This document shows, in pieces, positions 1-9,937 of a stretch of DNA of 51,128 nt. Below the pieces are notes generated by a model, which had not been told where the DNA came from, made no database searches, and worked only from the letters and a program-made list of their open reading frames with translations. Made by a program: the position numbers and the translations under genes. The stretch is from Thermoplasmatota archaeon (GTDB taxonomy: Archaea; Thermoplasmatota; E2; UBA202; JdFR-43): the NCBI GenBank assembly GCA_038818725.1, contig JAWAYL010000005.1, positions 1 to 51,128 on the forward strand, given 5' to 3'. How positions within the stretch are numbered: the first letter of the stretch is position 1; every line of letters begins with the position of its first letter.

Positions 1-1
1 G

Positions 2-439
2 GATGCAGACGCAATAATATTGTCTGGGGGGGCGCCGCGAGTTGGGCTGCAGGAAAAACTTGGGAAATGCGATGAGTATCTTGCGAAAGCAAGTTTTCCT
101 ATACTTGGCATATGTGCTGGGCATCAATATATGGCTAGATTTTTTGGGGGTGAATGCAGGGAGGCAATTATTCCAGAATATGGTAAGGTAGAGATTGAAA
201 TAATTGAAAAAGATGCTCTATTTAAAGGATTGCCAGATAAATTTTTTGTATGGGAAAATCATAATGATGAAGTTGTTAAGCTACCTAAAAATTTTTCCTT
301 GCTTGCATCATCTAAATATTGCAAAGTGCAGGCAATGATGCATAATGAAAAACCATTTTTTGGCCTTCAATTTCATCCCGAAGTAGAGCATACTCAATAT
401 GGAAAGGAAATTTTCAAAAATTTTATTGATTTAATATGA
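2..439 (+). CDS. guaAA: GMP synthase glutamine amidotransferase subunit A (5'-truncated by the window edge)
   Basis: Frame is open from position 2 (DADAIILSGG); class I GATase motifs PILGICAGHQ and QFHPEV. Confidence 0.9.
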   Translation, partial: DADAIILSGGAPRVGLQEKLGKCDEYLAKASFPILGICAGHQYMARFFGGECREAIIPEYGKVEIEIIEKDALFKGLPDKFFVWENHNDEVVKLPKNFSLLASSKYCKVQAMMHNEKPFFGLQFHPEVEHTQYGKEIFKNFIDLI

Positions 440-1212
440 TAGCATATTTTCCAAAACCAAATTTCTTGCCAATTGCAATATCTGATTGTAAATTAAATTG
501 CAAACACTGCATGGGAAAATATATAAATGGAATGATAAAAATAAAAAATAGGGAAGAGCTTTTAAAATTTGGTGAAAAATTCAAAGGATATGGATTGCTT
601 ATAAGTGGTGGATTTAATAAAAGAGGAGAACTTATAAATCTACCTAAGATGCTTCCTGCAATAAAAAAAATGAGAGAAAAATTTTATATTGCAATTCATC
701 CAGGATTTGTTGATAAAAAAATGGCTCAAAAGGTGGCGGAAGCATGCGACATTGCATTTGTTGATTTGCCATCTGATAATGCAATAAAAAATGTTTTAAA
801 TCTTGAGAAAAGCTCATATGATTATTTTATGAATATGGAGTGCTTAATTGATGCTGGAATTGAAGTGACGCCCCATATAACAATTGGACTGAACTATGGA
901 AAGATTGATGAATGGAAAATAATGAAGAGGCTTAAGGAGTATAAAATTAAAAAAATAGTTTTAAATATAATAATGCCAACTCATGCAACGCCTTTTGAAA
1001 AATTAAAAATTAAAAAATATGAAATTCTTAAATTTATAAATTACTCAAAAAAATTTAATTTTTCAGTAGGCTGCATGCGACCCAGAAAATTTGATGTTGA
1101 TTTAATAAAACATGGAATAAAAGAAATTGCGGTTCCTTCAAAAAAAGCAATGGAAATGGCGAAGAAAATAGAAATAAGAAGTTTTTGCTGCGGATTGCAA
1201 AAATTTAAATAG
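436..1212 (+). CDS. lipS1: Radical SAM protein, archaeal lipoyl synthase subunit LipS1-like
   Basis: CKLNCKHC radical SAM motif plus C-terminal GCMRP and CC motifs described for Thermococcus LipS1. Confidence 0.75.
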   Translation: MIAYFPKPNFLPIAISDCKLNCKHCMGKYINGMIKIKNREELLKFGEKFKGYGLLISGGFNKRGELINLPKMLPAIKKMREKFYIAIHPGFVDKKMAQKVAEACDIAFVDLPSDNAIKNVLNLEKSSYDYFMNMECLIDAGIEVTPHITIGLNYGKIDEWKIMKRLKEYKIKKIVLNIIMPTHATPFEKLKIKKYEILKFINYSKKFNFSVGCMRPRKFDVDLIKHGIKEIAVPSKKAMEMAKKIEIRSFCCGLQKFK

Positions 1213-1257
1213 TAAAATTTTATTTACAATTGTAAAAAAAAGTTTACAGGTGATAAA

Positions 1258-2025
1258 ATGAAGATGAAAATATTAGGAGTAGGATTGGTGCTATTATTAA
1301 CGACTGCTTTAACAGCTTATCCGTTGCAAGAATGGGAAGGAGATGTCGTTCTTATAAAAAATGCAAAATTCAGAGTTATTGCAAAAAGCGGGAGGGAATA
1401 TAAAATAAATCATGCAACTGCATTAGGAGCATTAAATGAGGCAAGCAAAATTGCTGGATTTAGCTATACTGTTGATGATAGCTGGTATGAACAATATGGT
1501 TCATTGCTTGTTGATTCAATATGGGGGATGAAAAATGAAGGAATGAAAGGATGGCAGTATTGGGTAAATTATCCAGATGAGCCACTTCCATGGGTTGGAG
1601 CAGATAGGTATGAAGTAAAAGAAAATGACACTGTTGATTGGTTTTATGGAGATTTTTCAAGCAACCCTAACAAATGCGAAGCATTGATAAGAATACATGT
1701 TCATTTAGAAATAGATGAGGTAGCGCCAAATGTTGAAATAAAAAAGCCAGGCGGCGGGCTATATATTTTTGATAGACAAGTGATTTCATTTCCAGGATTT
1801 GCCATTGTTTTAGGAAAAATTACTGTTGAAGTAAATGCAAATGATTTGCAATGTGAGATAGAAAAAGTAGAATTTTATATAAATAGCAATTTAATGCATA
1901 TTGATGAAAAAGAACCATATGAATGGCTTTTTGAAGGAGGAAGAGGAAAATATAATTTAAAAGCAATTGCCTATGATATGGCTGGAAATATTGCAAGTGA
2001 TGAAATAATTTTATTCAAGGTGTAA
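1258..2025 (+). CDS. Secreted DUF4430 (transcobalamin-C-like beta-grasp) protein with C-terminal Ig-like domain
   Basis: Signal peptide; TALGAL...LVDSI.G...GWQYWVN...VGAD.Y.VKE.D.V.WFY matches the DUF4430 pattern; C-terminal KVEFY...PYEW...AYD.AGN Ig module. Confidence 0.75.
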   Translation: MKMKILGVGLVLLLTTALTAYPLQEWEGDVVLIKNAKFRVIAKSGREYKINHATALGALNEASKIAGFSYTVDDSWYEQYGSLLVDSIWGMKNEGMKGWQYWVNYPDEPLPWVGADRYEVKENDTVDWFYGDFSSNPNKCEALIRIHVHLEIDEVAPNVEIKKPGGGLYIFDRQVISFPGFAIVLGKITVEVNANDLQCEIEKVEFYINSNLMHIDEKEPYEWLFEGGRGKYNLKAIAYDMAGNIASDEIILFKV

Positions 2026-2062
2026 AATGGTTAAAAATTTAAATGATGAAAGAATTAATAGC

Positions 2063-2683
2063 ATGAAAAAAATAACAATAGCAGCTTTGCTTATTTCAAT
2101 AGGCGTAATTTCAAGGATATTTTTAAGGAATTTTCTCCCGCCGTCGCCGAGCGTGTATATTAACTTTTTTGGAATAAAACAACCAATTTTTATAGCGGGG
2201 GATGTTTTCTTTGTAATTGCTTCCATTTCTCTTATTTCTGGAAGATATCTTAGGGATTATTTCACTTTCCTTGTGCCATTTATGATAATGCTTATAACTG
2301 ATGTTTTTATAGGAAATAATTTCATATTTTTATTTACATGGTCAGGTTTTGCAATTATGGGATGGATTGGCTATTTATTAAGGAAAAAACCTGCAAAATC
2401 ATTTTTGTTTTCAAGTATTTCATCCATAATTTTATATGATTTATGGACAAATTTTGGATGGTGGCTTGGCTACTATGGAGGAAATTTAAAATATTTAACT
2501 TTATGCTACACTCTTGCTATTCCATTTATGATATGGCATCTTCTCTCTACTTCTTTATTGCTACCTATCTTCGTTTTAGCCTTTGAAAGAATTGAAATTA
2601 AAGAAGATGCAAGAATTTCAAAATATTCAGCAATTCCAGTTGCATCTCTTGCTTTTTTAAGCTTAATTTCTTTAATATTTTAG
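2063..2683 (+). CDS. DUF6580/BtuM-like ECF S-component-type membrane protein
   Basis: About 6 TM helices; P..IM.ITD..IG and L.TNFGWWL..Y......CY..AIPF pattern; start chosen at ATG 2063 behind an AT-rich TATA-like box (ORF track starts at 2027). Confidence 0.65.
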   Translation: MKKITIAALLISIGVISRIFLRNFLPPSPSVYINFFGIKQPIFIAGDVFFVIASISLISGRYLRDYFTFLVPFMIMLITDVFIGNNFIFLFTWSGFAIMGWIGYLLRKKPAKSFLFSSISSIILYDLWTNFGWWLGYYGGNLKYLTLCYTLAIPFMIWHLLSTSLLLPIFVLAFERIEIKEDARISKYSAIPVASLAFLSLISLIF

Positions 2684-2715
2684 GAAAAATTAATTATTAA
2701 TTGAGTTATTTCAGC

Positions 2716-3678
2716 ATGGATGAATTTACATATGCAAAGGCAGGCGTTGATATAGATGCTGAAGAAAAAGTTGTTGATGAAATTTTAAAGGGAATAGGAT
2801 TTGAAAAAGATAGAGTAGAGATAAATGGCTTTAAGATTGTTTTATGCACTGATGGAGTTGGAAGCAAAGTAATGGTAGCAAATGAAATGAAAAAATGGGA
2901 TACAGTTGGAATAGATTGCATTGCAATGAATGTAAATGATGCTCTTGTAATGGGAGCAAAGCCTCTTGCATTTGTTGATTATATAGCTTTTGAAAAATTG
3001 AGCATTGAAAGAGCAAGGGAAATTGCAAAAGGATTGAAAAGAGGGGCGGATGAAGCAGGCGTCACAATAATAGGTGGGGAAACAGCAAGCCTGCCCGAAA
3101 TAATAAGAGGGTTTGATTTGGCGGGCACATGTGTTGGAGTTGTTGAAAAGGATATACCAAAGAACATAAAAGAAGGAGATGTAATAATAGGAATAAGAAG
3201 CAGTGGGATTCATTCAAATGGGTATACTCTTGCAAGAAAAGTTTTTAAGGAAAATGGTTACTCTTTCAACGATGAAATTGATGAGATAGGCATAATTGGC
3301 TATGCATTGCTTGAGCCAACAAAAATTTATGTTAAACAAATCCTTTCTTTATGGAAAAATTTTGAAGTAAAAGGAATTGCTCATATAACTGGAGGAGGCT
3401 TAAGAAAAATAAAAAGAATTTGCAAAAATGTTCTTTTCAGCATAGATGAGCCATTTGAGCCACAGCCAATATTTAAAGTAATACAAAAATTGGGAAAAAT
3501 AAGCAATAAGGAAATGTATCAAACATTCAACATGGGAATGGGCATGGCAATAATTGTAGAAAAAGAAATTGCTGATGATGTCGTTGATTTTTTAAATAAA
3601 TATGAAGAAGCAAAAATTGTTGGAAAAGTTAAAAAGGGGCAAGGAGTAGAAGTTCCGAAGCTTAGGCTGAAATATTAA
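2716..3678 (+). CDS. purM: Phosphoribosylformylglycinamidine cyclo-ligase (AIR synthetase)
   Basis: TYAKAGVDI, TDGVGSK, GGETA, SSGIHSNG, HITGGG, TFNMGMG motifs. Confidence 0.95.
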   Translation: MDEFTYAKAGVDIDAEEKVVDEILKGIGFEKDRVEINGFKIVLCTDGVGSKVMVANEMKKWDTVGIDCIAMNVNDALVMGAKPLAFVDYIAFEKLSIERAREIAKGLKRGADEAGVTIIGGETASLPEIIRGFDLAGTCVGVVEKDIPKNIKEGDVIIGIRSSGIHSNGYTLARKVFKENGYSFNDEIDEIGIIGYALLEPTKIYVKQILSLWKNFEVKGIAHITGGGLRKIKRICKNVLFSIDEPFEPQPIFKVIQKLGKISNKEMYQTFNMGMGMAIIVEKEIADDVVDFLNKYEEAKIVGKVKKGQGVEVPKLRLKY

Positions 3679-3714
3679 TAGCAAAAATTTTAACATATCT
3701 CGCTTTACACTTTT

Positions 3715-4818
3715 ATGAAAACTACATTCAGTATAATAAAGGCAGATGTTGGCGGCTCCCCGGGCCATGCAAAAGTTGATGAAAGGCTTATAAAAAAAGC
3801 GGAGGAAATGCTTAAAAAAGCAAAGGAAGAAGGGTTGATAAAAGATTTTTTTGTAACTAATTGTGGAGATGATTTAGAGCTAATAATGACACATCATAGA
3901 GGAGAAGATAATGAAGAAGTTCATAGCTTAGCATGGAATATTTTTAAATCAGCAAGTGAAATAGCTAAAAATCTTGGATTTTATGGAGCTGGGCAGGATT
4001 TGCTTAAAGATGCATTTTCTGGAAATATAAAAGGAATGGGACCAGGAGTTGCGGAGATGGAATTTACTGAAAGAAAATCTGAGCCGATTATTGCATTTTT
4101 AATGGATAAAACAGAGCCAGGAGCATTTAATTTGCCAATTTTTAAAATTTTTGCGGACCCATTTAACACCGCTGGCTTGATTATTGATCCAAATCTTCAT
4201 TCAGGTTTTACATTTGAAATATGGGATATAAAGGAGCATAAAAGAGTTTTTATGCACACACCAGAAGAAATGTATGATTTATTGGCGCTTATAGGAGCGA
4301 AATCAAGATTTGTTATAAAAAGAGTTTTTCCAAGAGAAAAATTGCCGAAAGATGAGCCAGTTGCAGTTGTATCAACAGAAAAATTATATCAGATAGCAGG
4401 TGAATATGTTGGAAAGGATGACCCTGTTGCTGCTGTAAGAGCTCAATCTGGATTGCCAGCGATTGGCGAAATTCTCGAGCCATTTTCATTTCCTCATCTT
4501 GTTTCTGGATGGATGCGAGGAAGCCATTATGGGCCAATTATGCCAGTTCCAGTTAAGCATGCAAAATGCACCCGCTTCGATGGTCCTCCAAGAGTTGTTG
4601 CAATAGGTTTTCAAATTAAAAACGGAGAAATAACATCTCATGAAGATTTATTTGATGACCCAGCTTTTGATTATACTCGCCAGAAAGCAACGGAAATAGC
4701 TGAATATATGCGCAGGCATGGCCCATTTGAGCCACATCGCCTGCCACTTGAAGAAATGGAATATACAACTTTCCCAAAAGTTATGGAAAAGCTCAAGAAT
4801 AGATTCGAAAAGGTTTGA
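3715..4818 (+). CDS. fbp: Fructose-1,6-bisphosphate aldolase/phosphatase (class V)
   Basis: SIIKADVG, YGAGQDLL, DKTEPGAFN, YVGKDDP, GWMRGSH, PFEPHRL, MEYTT motifs. Confidence 0.96.
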   Translation: MKTTFSIIKADVGGSPGHAKVDERLIKKAEEMLKKAKEEGLIKDFFVTNCGDDLELIMTHHRGEDNEEVHSLAWNIFKSASEIAKNLGFYGAGQDLLKDAFSGNIKGMGPGVAEMEFTERKSEPIIAFLMDKTEPGAFNLPIFKIFADPFNTAGLIIDPNLHSGFTFEIWDIKEHKRVFMHTPEEMYDLLALIGAKSRFVIKRVFPREKLPKDEPVAVVSTEKLYQIAGEYVGKDDPVAAVRAQSGLPAIGEILEPFSFPHLVSGWMRGSHYGPIMPVPVKHAKCTRFDGPPRVVAIGFQIKNGEITSHEDLFDDPAFDYTRQKATEIAEYMRRHGPFEPHRLPLEEMEYTTFPKVMEKLKNRFEKV

Positions 4819-5283
4819 TTAGCCAAAAATTCTTATTCCAACAAAAGTAAATGATGTAACTATTACACATGCAATGCATATTCCAGTAAATATGCATACA
4901 AGAGATTTTTTAAATTCCAAGCCAAAAAGATAGGCTGCTAAGCTTCCAGTCCATGCTCCTGTAAAAGGCAGTGGAATTGCTACAAATATTATCAATGCAA
5001 TTGCTTCCCATCTTTCAATGCTCTTTTCAGTTTTTTTTCTTGTATAACTGTATATTTTATCAAAAAATTTATTCCAAAAATTCCTTTTTCTAAGCCATTT
5101 TTCAAATGGTTCAAGAAATCTTATTATAAAAGGAGAAGGGATAAAGTTTGCAAACAATATCAATGGAATTGCAAAAAATAAATTAAGGTTATAATAAAAT
5201 GCAAAAGGTATTGCTCCTCTTAGCTCTGAAAAAGGCGAAAGAGCTAACGCAGCAGCTATCATCCATTTCAATATTTCATCCAT
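4819..5283 (-). CDS. Small multidrug export family membrane protein (COG2426-like)
   Basis: P.SELRGAIP and FVAIPLP.TGAWTG motifs. Confidence 0.85.
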   Translation of the reverse strand: MDEILKWMIAAALALSPFSELRGAIPFAFYYNLNLFFAIPLILFANFIPSPFIIRFLEPFEKWLRKRNFWNKFFDKIYSYTRKKTEKSIERWEAIALIIFVAIPLPFTGAWTGSLAAYLFGLEFKKSLVCIFTGICIACVIVTSFTFVGIRIFG

Positions 5284-6493
5284 TTATCATCCTCCCCATT
5301 CCTTTCTCTCCAACAAATTCAAACTTATCAACTATCTTTTCTCCTCTTAAATAAACATGCATTGGATAGATGCATTTCATTCCCTCATACGCACTCCATC
5401 CGCATTTTGAAAGAGGTTTAATTTTTTTAACTTTTTTTAAATCTATAACCAAAAAGTCCGCATCATTTCCAACTTTAATTTCACCTTTTTTTATTCCAAA
5501 TAGCTTCGATGGATTTCTGCAAAATGAATTTTCTATTGTTTTAAAGCTGATTATCCCTTTTTTCGCAAAATAAAAAAGAATTGGCAAAAAAGCATCTACT
5601 CCAGGCATACCGCAGGCAGCATCTTCAAAATTTTCTTTCTCTTCAATTAGATGAGGAGCGTGATCTGATTCGAAAATTTTAATTTCACCTTTTCTAAATG
5701 CCTCAAAAAGTTTTTCTCTTTCAAAATTGCTTCTTAGAGGAGGATTCACCTTTCCAAAAGCTTCTTTTTTAAATTTATTTTCATAAGAAAAGAGAAGATG
5801 ATGTAAAGTAACTCCAAAACTTGCTTTTCTCTTTATAATCTCTATTGATTTTTTTGATGTAATATGGCATATATGGATTTTAGCTCCTATTTTTTTATTC
5901 AAATCAACGATTTTTTCTATTGCTTTTAATTCACATTCCAAGCTCCTATTTTTTTCATGTTCAATTAAATTTTTTGCTTTATTTCTTGAAATGCATTCCT
6001 CACTTTCAGCATGTATTGCAACTATTTTATTTCTCTTTTTTACTTCAAAAAGAATTTTTTCAATATTTTCACAAAAAAGCTCATTGTCTTTTGACAAAAA
6101 AAATTTATAAGCAATGCAATCCATTTCCTCAACTCTATTTTTTATTCCTCCATAAAGGGCAAAATCAACACATGCTTTTTTAATAACTTCTTTTCTTTTT
6201 TTCTCAAATTTACTTTTGTTATATATAGCTGGCTTATTATTTGGCATATCAAAAACACAAGTAATACCAGCTAAACTTGCCGCTTTTGTGCCTGTGAAAA
6301 AATCTTCCTTATCTTCATCTCCTGGCTCTCTAAAATGCACATGAATATCGATGCCAGCTGGAAAAATCAATGAATTGCCATAATCAATTTTTTTCTCTCT
6401 TACATATTTTTTTATTCCAACAATTTTTCCATCTTCTATAATTATGCAAGCGTTTTTTATTCCATTTTTATATATCCTTCCCGAAATTATCAT
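5276..6493 (-). CDS. pyrC: Dihydroorotase
   Basis: DIHVHFREPG, DMPN, KVNPPLR, SDHAPH motifs. Confidence 0.9.
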   Translation of the reverse strand: MIISGRIYKNGIKNACIIIEDGKIVGIKKYVREKKIDYGNSLIFPAGIDIHVHFREPGDEDKEDFFTGTKAASLAGITCVFDMPNNKPAIYNKSKFEKKRKEVIKKACVDFALYGGIKNRVEEMDCIAYKFFLSKDNELFCENIEKILFEVKKRNKIVAIHAESEECISRNKAKNLIEHEKNRSLECELKAIEKIVDLNKKIGAKIHICHITSKKSIEIIKRKASFGVTLHHLLFSYENKFKKEAFGKVNPPLRSNFEREKLFEAFRKGEIKIFESDHAPHLIEEKENFEDAACGMPGVDAFLPILFYFAKKGIISFKTIENSFCRNPSKLFGIKKGEIKVGNDADFLVIDLKKVKKIKPLSKCGWSAYEGMKCIYPMHVYLRGEKIVDKFEFVGEKGMGRMING

Positions 6494-6541
6494 TATGAGT
6501 AAAAGCCGATATGCTTAAAAACTATTTCTGCATATAAATCC

Positions 6542-7729
6542 ATGAAAAAAATAATTGTATTTGGTTTGGTTGCCATCATGGCTTTTCCAGCTATGGCTGA
6601 TCCTTTGGTAGATTTTGAGTGGTATCCAGCAACACCTTTCTCTGGAGAAGTTGTGCATTTTAATGATACATCGCAGAATCAATCACAGATTATAGAGAGA
6701 GTATGGTATTTTGGAGATGGATATGGAGCAACAACAAAAAATCCTTCACATATATATGAAAAGCCTGGAAATTATACTGTAAAGCTTGTTGTTTTATGGA
6801 ATATAAGCGGTGTAATTTATGGCTCATCAAAAGAAAAAATAATAACAGTGCAGAACCGCCCGCCTGTCGCAAATGCTGGACCCGATCAGATTTTGAATGT
6901 AAGAAATGTAACATTTGATGGTTCAGCAAGCTATGATCCAGATGGAAACATTACTTCATATAGCTGGAATTTCGGAGATGGAACAACTGGAAGTGGAAAA
7001 ATTGTAACTCATACATATGCAAATGATGGAAACTTTACTGTTGTTTTAAATGTCACTGATAACAATGGCTCATATGCCACAGATACATGTAATATAACAA
7101 TCGATACTTCTGCACCTATAACAAATTGCGAGTTAAATGGAACATTAGGCGAGAATGGATGGTATATAAGCGATGTAAATGTAACATTTATTATAAATGA
7201 AACAACAAGTGCAGTAAATAAAACATATTATAGGCTTGATGGAGGAAACTGGACTGTTTATAATGGAACTTTCAATATAAGTAGTGAAGGAATTCATCTT
7301 CTTGAATTTTATTCAACAGATGTTGCAGGAAATATTGAACCAATAAAGAATGTAACAATAAAAATAGATAAAACAAATCCTTATATAAACATAATAACAC
7401 CAGAGGAAAGAAAATTCTATGTTTTTGGAAGAAAAGTTTTGCCAACTCTTAGAAAAACAATAATAGTTGGAAAAATAACTGTTGAGGCAAATGCAAGTGA
7501 TAATATAGGCATAAATATGGTAAAATTCTATGTTGATGGAGAGGAAAAGTACAATGATACCAGCCAGCCGTATGAATGGAGATGGGGAGGAGCAATTGGA
7601 AGCAAAAATTTAACAATTACCGCTTATGATTATGCTGGATTGAACTCGTCTGATTCCATAGAGGTAACAATATTTAGCTTGTTCAAACCATGGAGTGAAA
7701 ACGCTTTATCAGATAATAAACTATCCTAA
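6542..7729 (+). CDS. Secreted PKD-domain surface protein (2 PKD + OmpL47-like beta domain + C-terminal Ig module)
   Basis: Signal peptide; two W.FGDG...H.Y PKD repeats; G.NGWY.S...YSTDVAGN domain; many N-x-S/T sequons. Confidence 0.85.
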   Translation: MKKIIVFGLVAIMAFPAMADPLVDFEWYPATPFSGEVVHFNDTSQNQSQIIERVWYFGDGYGATTKNPSHIYEKPGNYTVKLVVLWNISGVIYGSSKEKIITVQNRPPVANAGPDQILNVRNVTFDGSASYDPDGNITSYSWNFGDGTTGSGKIVTHTYANDGNFTVVLNVTDNNGSYATDTCNITIDTSAPITNCELNGTLGENGWYISDVNVTFIINETTSAVNKTYYRLDGGNWTVYNGTFNISSEGIHLLEFYSTDVAGNIEPIKNVTIKIDKTNPYINIITPEERKFYVFGRKVLPTLRKTIIVGKITVEANASDNIGINMVKFYVDGEEKYNDTSQPYEWRWGGAIGSKNLTITAYDYAGLNSSDSIEVTIFSLFKPWSENALSDNKLS

Positions 7730-7758
7730 AATTTAAAAAATTTTAAATTTTCTTAATT

Positions 7759-7833
7759 GGGCCCGTGGGGTAGCTTGGCTTATCCTTGTGGCTTCGGGAG
7801 CCATAGACTCCGGTTCAAATCCGGGCGGGCCCA
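7759..7833 (+). tRNA. tRNA-Pro(CGG), no encoded CCA
   Basis: GGGCCCG/CGGGCCC acceptor stem, anticodon arm GTGGC-TT-CGG-GA-GCCAT, T-arm GGTTCAAATCC. Confidence 0.95.
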
Positions 7834-7880
7834 TAAGAGTAACAAAAATGCAATAATATCTTACAAAAAAGAATAAAGGT

Positions 7881-7893
7881 AAAACTTTTATAA
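7881..7893 (+). promoter_or_regulatory. BRE/TATA box for a probably leaderless lsrF transcript
   Basis: AAAAC-TTTTATAA 21-28 nt upstream of ATG 7914; no SD in between. Confidence 0.5.
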
Positions 7894-7913
7894 CATTTCT
7901 ATTTCTAACTCTC

Positions 7914-8687
7914 ATGGATTGGGGACTTAAAAACAGGCTTTCAAGAATAATAAAGAAGGATAATAAAACAGTTATGCTTGCTGTTGATCACGGCTATTTT
8001 ATGGGTCCAACTACTGGTTTGGAAAATTTAGGAAAAACAGTTGTTCCTCTGCTTCCATATACAGATAGTTTAATGCTCACAAGAGGTGCTTTAAGGAGAT
8101 ATATTTCTCCTGAAATTGATGTTCCCATTGTGCTACGCATTTCTGGAGGAACGAGCATATTGAATAAAAATCTACTTCATGAAGGTATAATAACATCAAT
8201 TAAGGAAGCAATAAGATTAAATGCAGCTGGTGTAGCATTTTCGATTTTAGTAGGTGCTGAATTTGAAAGAGACACATTGCTAAGCTTTGCAAAAGTAATA
8301 GACGAAGCAGAAGAATATGGAATTCCCGTTGTTGCAGTTACAGCTGTTGGCAGAGAAATGGGAAAGGATGCAAAATATTTAAGCCTTGCTTCAAGAATAG
8401 CTGCTGAATTTGGAGCGCATATAGTTAAAACATATTATTGCGAGAATTTTGAAAAAGTTGTTGAAACCTGTCCAGTGCCAGTAGTTATTGCTGGCGGGAA
8501 AAAAATCCCAGAAAAAGAGGCACTCGAGATGACATACAATGCGGTGCAGGCGGGCGCGGCGGGCGTTGATATGGGAAGAAATATTTTCCAGTCAACGAAG
8601 CCAGTTGGAATGATAAAGGCAGTTAGAGCTATTGTTCATGAAAATGTGACAGCGAAAGAAGCATATGAAATATTTGAAGAGGAGTAG
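7914..8687 (+). CDS. lsrF: LsrF-family class I aldolase/thiolase
   Basis: MDWG.KNRL.RI, MLA.DHGYF.GPTTGLE, VKTYY, AGGKK, GVDMGRNIFQ as in LsrF. Confidence 0.85.
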   Translation: MDWGLKNRLSRIIKKDNKTVMLAVDHGYFMGPTTGLENLGKTVVPLLPYTDSLMLTRGALRRYISPEIDVPIVLRISGGTSILNKNLLHEGIITSIKEAIRLNAAGVAFSILVGAEFERDTLLSFAKVIDEAEEYGIPVVAVTAVGREMGKDAKYLSLASRIAAEFGAHIVKTYYCENFEKVVETCPVPVVIAGGKKIPEKEALEMTYNAVQAGAAGVDMGRNIFQSTKPVGMIKAVRAIVHENVTAKEAYEIFEEE

Positions 8688-8696
8688 GTGCTTTTA

Positions 8697-9719
8697 ATGA
8701 TGCGGGTTGGGATGTATTACAGCAATAAGGATGTTAGGGTAGAAGAGAAGCAGATCCCAAAAATAGGAGACAGAGAAATTCTTGTGAAAGTAAGAGCAAG
8801 TGGCATATGTGGAAGCGATGTAATGGAATGGTATAGAAAAAAGAAGGCTCCCCGTGTTTTAGGACATGAAATAACTGGAGATATTGTTGAAGTTGGAAAA
8901 GAAGTTAAAAAGTTTAAAGTTGGAGATAGAGTATTTGTCTCTCATCATGTTCCTTGCAATAGTTGTAAATATTGTTTTCAAGGGGAGTATACTCTCTGCC
9001 CTACTCTTCATTCAACAAATTTTGACCCTGGGGGATTTGCTGAATATATAAGAGTGCCAGAGATAAATGTTGAGAGAGGTGTTTTTGTTCTTCCAGATGA
9101 AATTTCTTATGATGAAGGAGTATTTATTGAGCCACTTGCTTGCGTTATAAGAGGATTTAGAATAGCTGATATAAGAGCAAATCATACTTTATTAATAGTA
9201 GGAAGTGGTATAGCTGGCTTACTTCAAATAAAGCTTGCAAAAGCATGGGGAGTGAAAAAAATAATAGCGGTTGATATAAATGATTATAGGCTTAAAAAAG
9301 CAATCGAGTTTGGAGCAGATTTAGTTTTAAAAGCAAATGAAAATATTGAGAAAAGAATAAAAGATTTCAATGACGGCTGGCTGGCTGATAGAGTTATCTT
9401 ATCAACAGGCGCAGAAAATGCTTTTATGCAAGCCTTGAAATGTGTTGAAAAAGGAGGAACGCTTTTACTTTTTGCTCCTCTTAGTCCAGATAAAAATATT
9501 CCATTAAATATTTTTGATATATGGAACAGAGGAATAAAAATAGTTTCTTCATATGCTGGATCGCCATCTGATATATATGAAGCAATAGAAATAATAAAGA
9601 ATAAAAAAATAGAAGTAAATGATATGATAACTCATAGGCTAAGTTTAGATGAAATTCAAAAGGGTTTTGATTTGGTTGCTGAGGCAAAAGAATCAATAAA
9701 AGTTATAATTTATCCTTGA
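8697..9719 (+). CDS. Zinc-dependent medium-chain dehydrogenase (sorbitol/iditol or threonine DH-like)
   Basis: GICGSD, GHE.TG, C..C..C......C structural Zn site, GSG.AG Rossmann motif. Confidence 0.88.
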   Translation: MMRVGMYYSNKDVRVEEKQIPKIGDREILVKVRASGICGSDVMEWYRKKKAPRVLGHEITGDIVEVGKEVKKFKVGDRVFVSHHVPCNSCKYCFQGEYTLCPTLHSTNFDPGGFAEYIRVPEINVERGVFVLPDEISYDEGVFIEPLACVIRGFRIADIRANHTLLIVGSGIAGLLQIKLAKAWGVKKIIAVDINDYRLKKAIEFGADLVLKANENIEKRIKDFNDGWLADRVILSTGAENAFMQALKCVEKGGTLLLFAPLSPDKNIPLNIFDIWNRGIKIVSSYAGSPSDIYEAIEIIKNKKIEVNDMITHRLSLDEIQKGFDLVAEAKESIKVIIYP

Positions 9720-9775
9720 ATTAATTTGAACATACAGATGAGAAATTTTTACTCTTCTATTTTTAAAAAATATAG

Positions 9776-9850
9776 TGCTCCCGTCGGGATTTGAACCCGA
9801 GTCTTCGGCTCGAAAGGCCGAAATGATTGTCCGGGCTACACTACGGGAGC
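9776..9850 (-). tRNA. tRNA-Glu(TTC)
   Basis: Reverse complement GCTCCCG...CGGGAGC-A; anticodon arm TCGGC-CT-TTC-GA-GCCGA. Confidence 0.95.
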
Positions 9851-9853
9851 ATG

Positions 9854-9926
9854 TAGCCCCGGGCAGATTCGAACTGCCGTCGGCGGGTCCAAAGCCCGCC
9901 ATGCTTGACCACTACACCACGGGGCT
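9854..9926 (-). tRNA. tRNA-Gln(TTG)
   Basis: Reverse complement AGCCCCG...CGGGGCT-A; anticodon arm GCGGG-CT-TTG-GA-CCCGC; A1-U72 pair. Confidence 0.95.
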
Positions 9927-9937
9927 GAATTGCATGG

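Noticed and set aside
1213-1257. Cobalamin riboswitch upstream of the DUF4430 gene
   Set aside because: Only 45 AT-rich nt; no B12 box or structure
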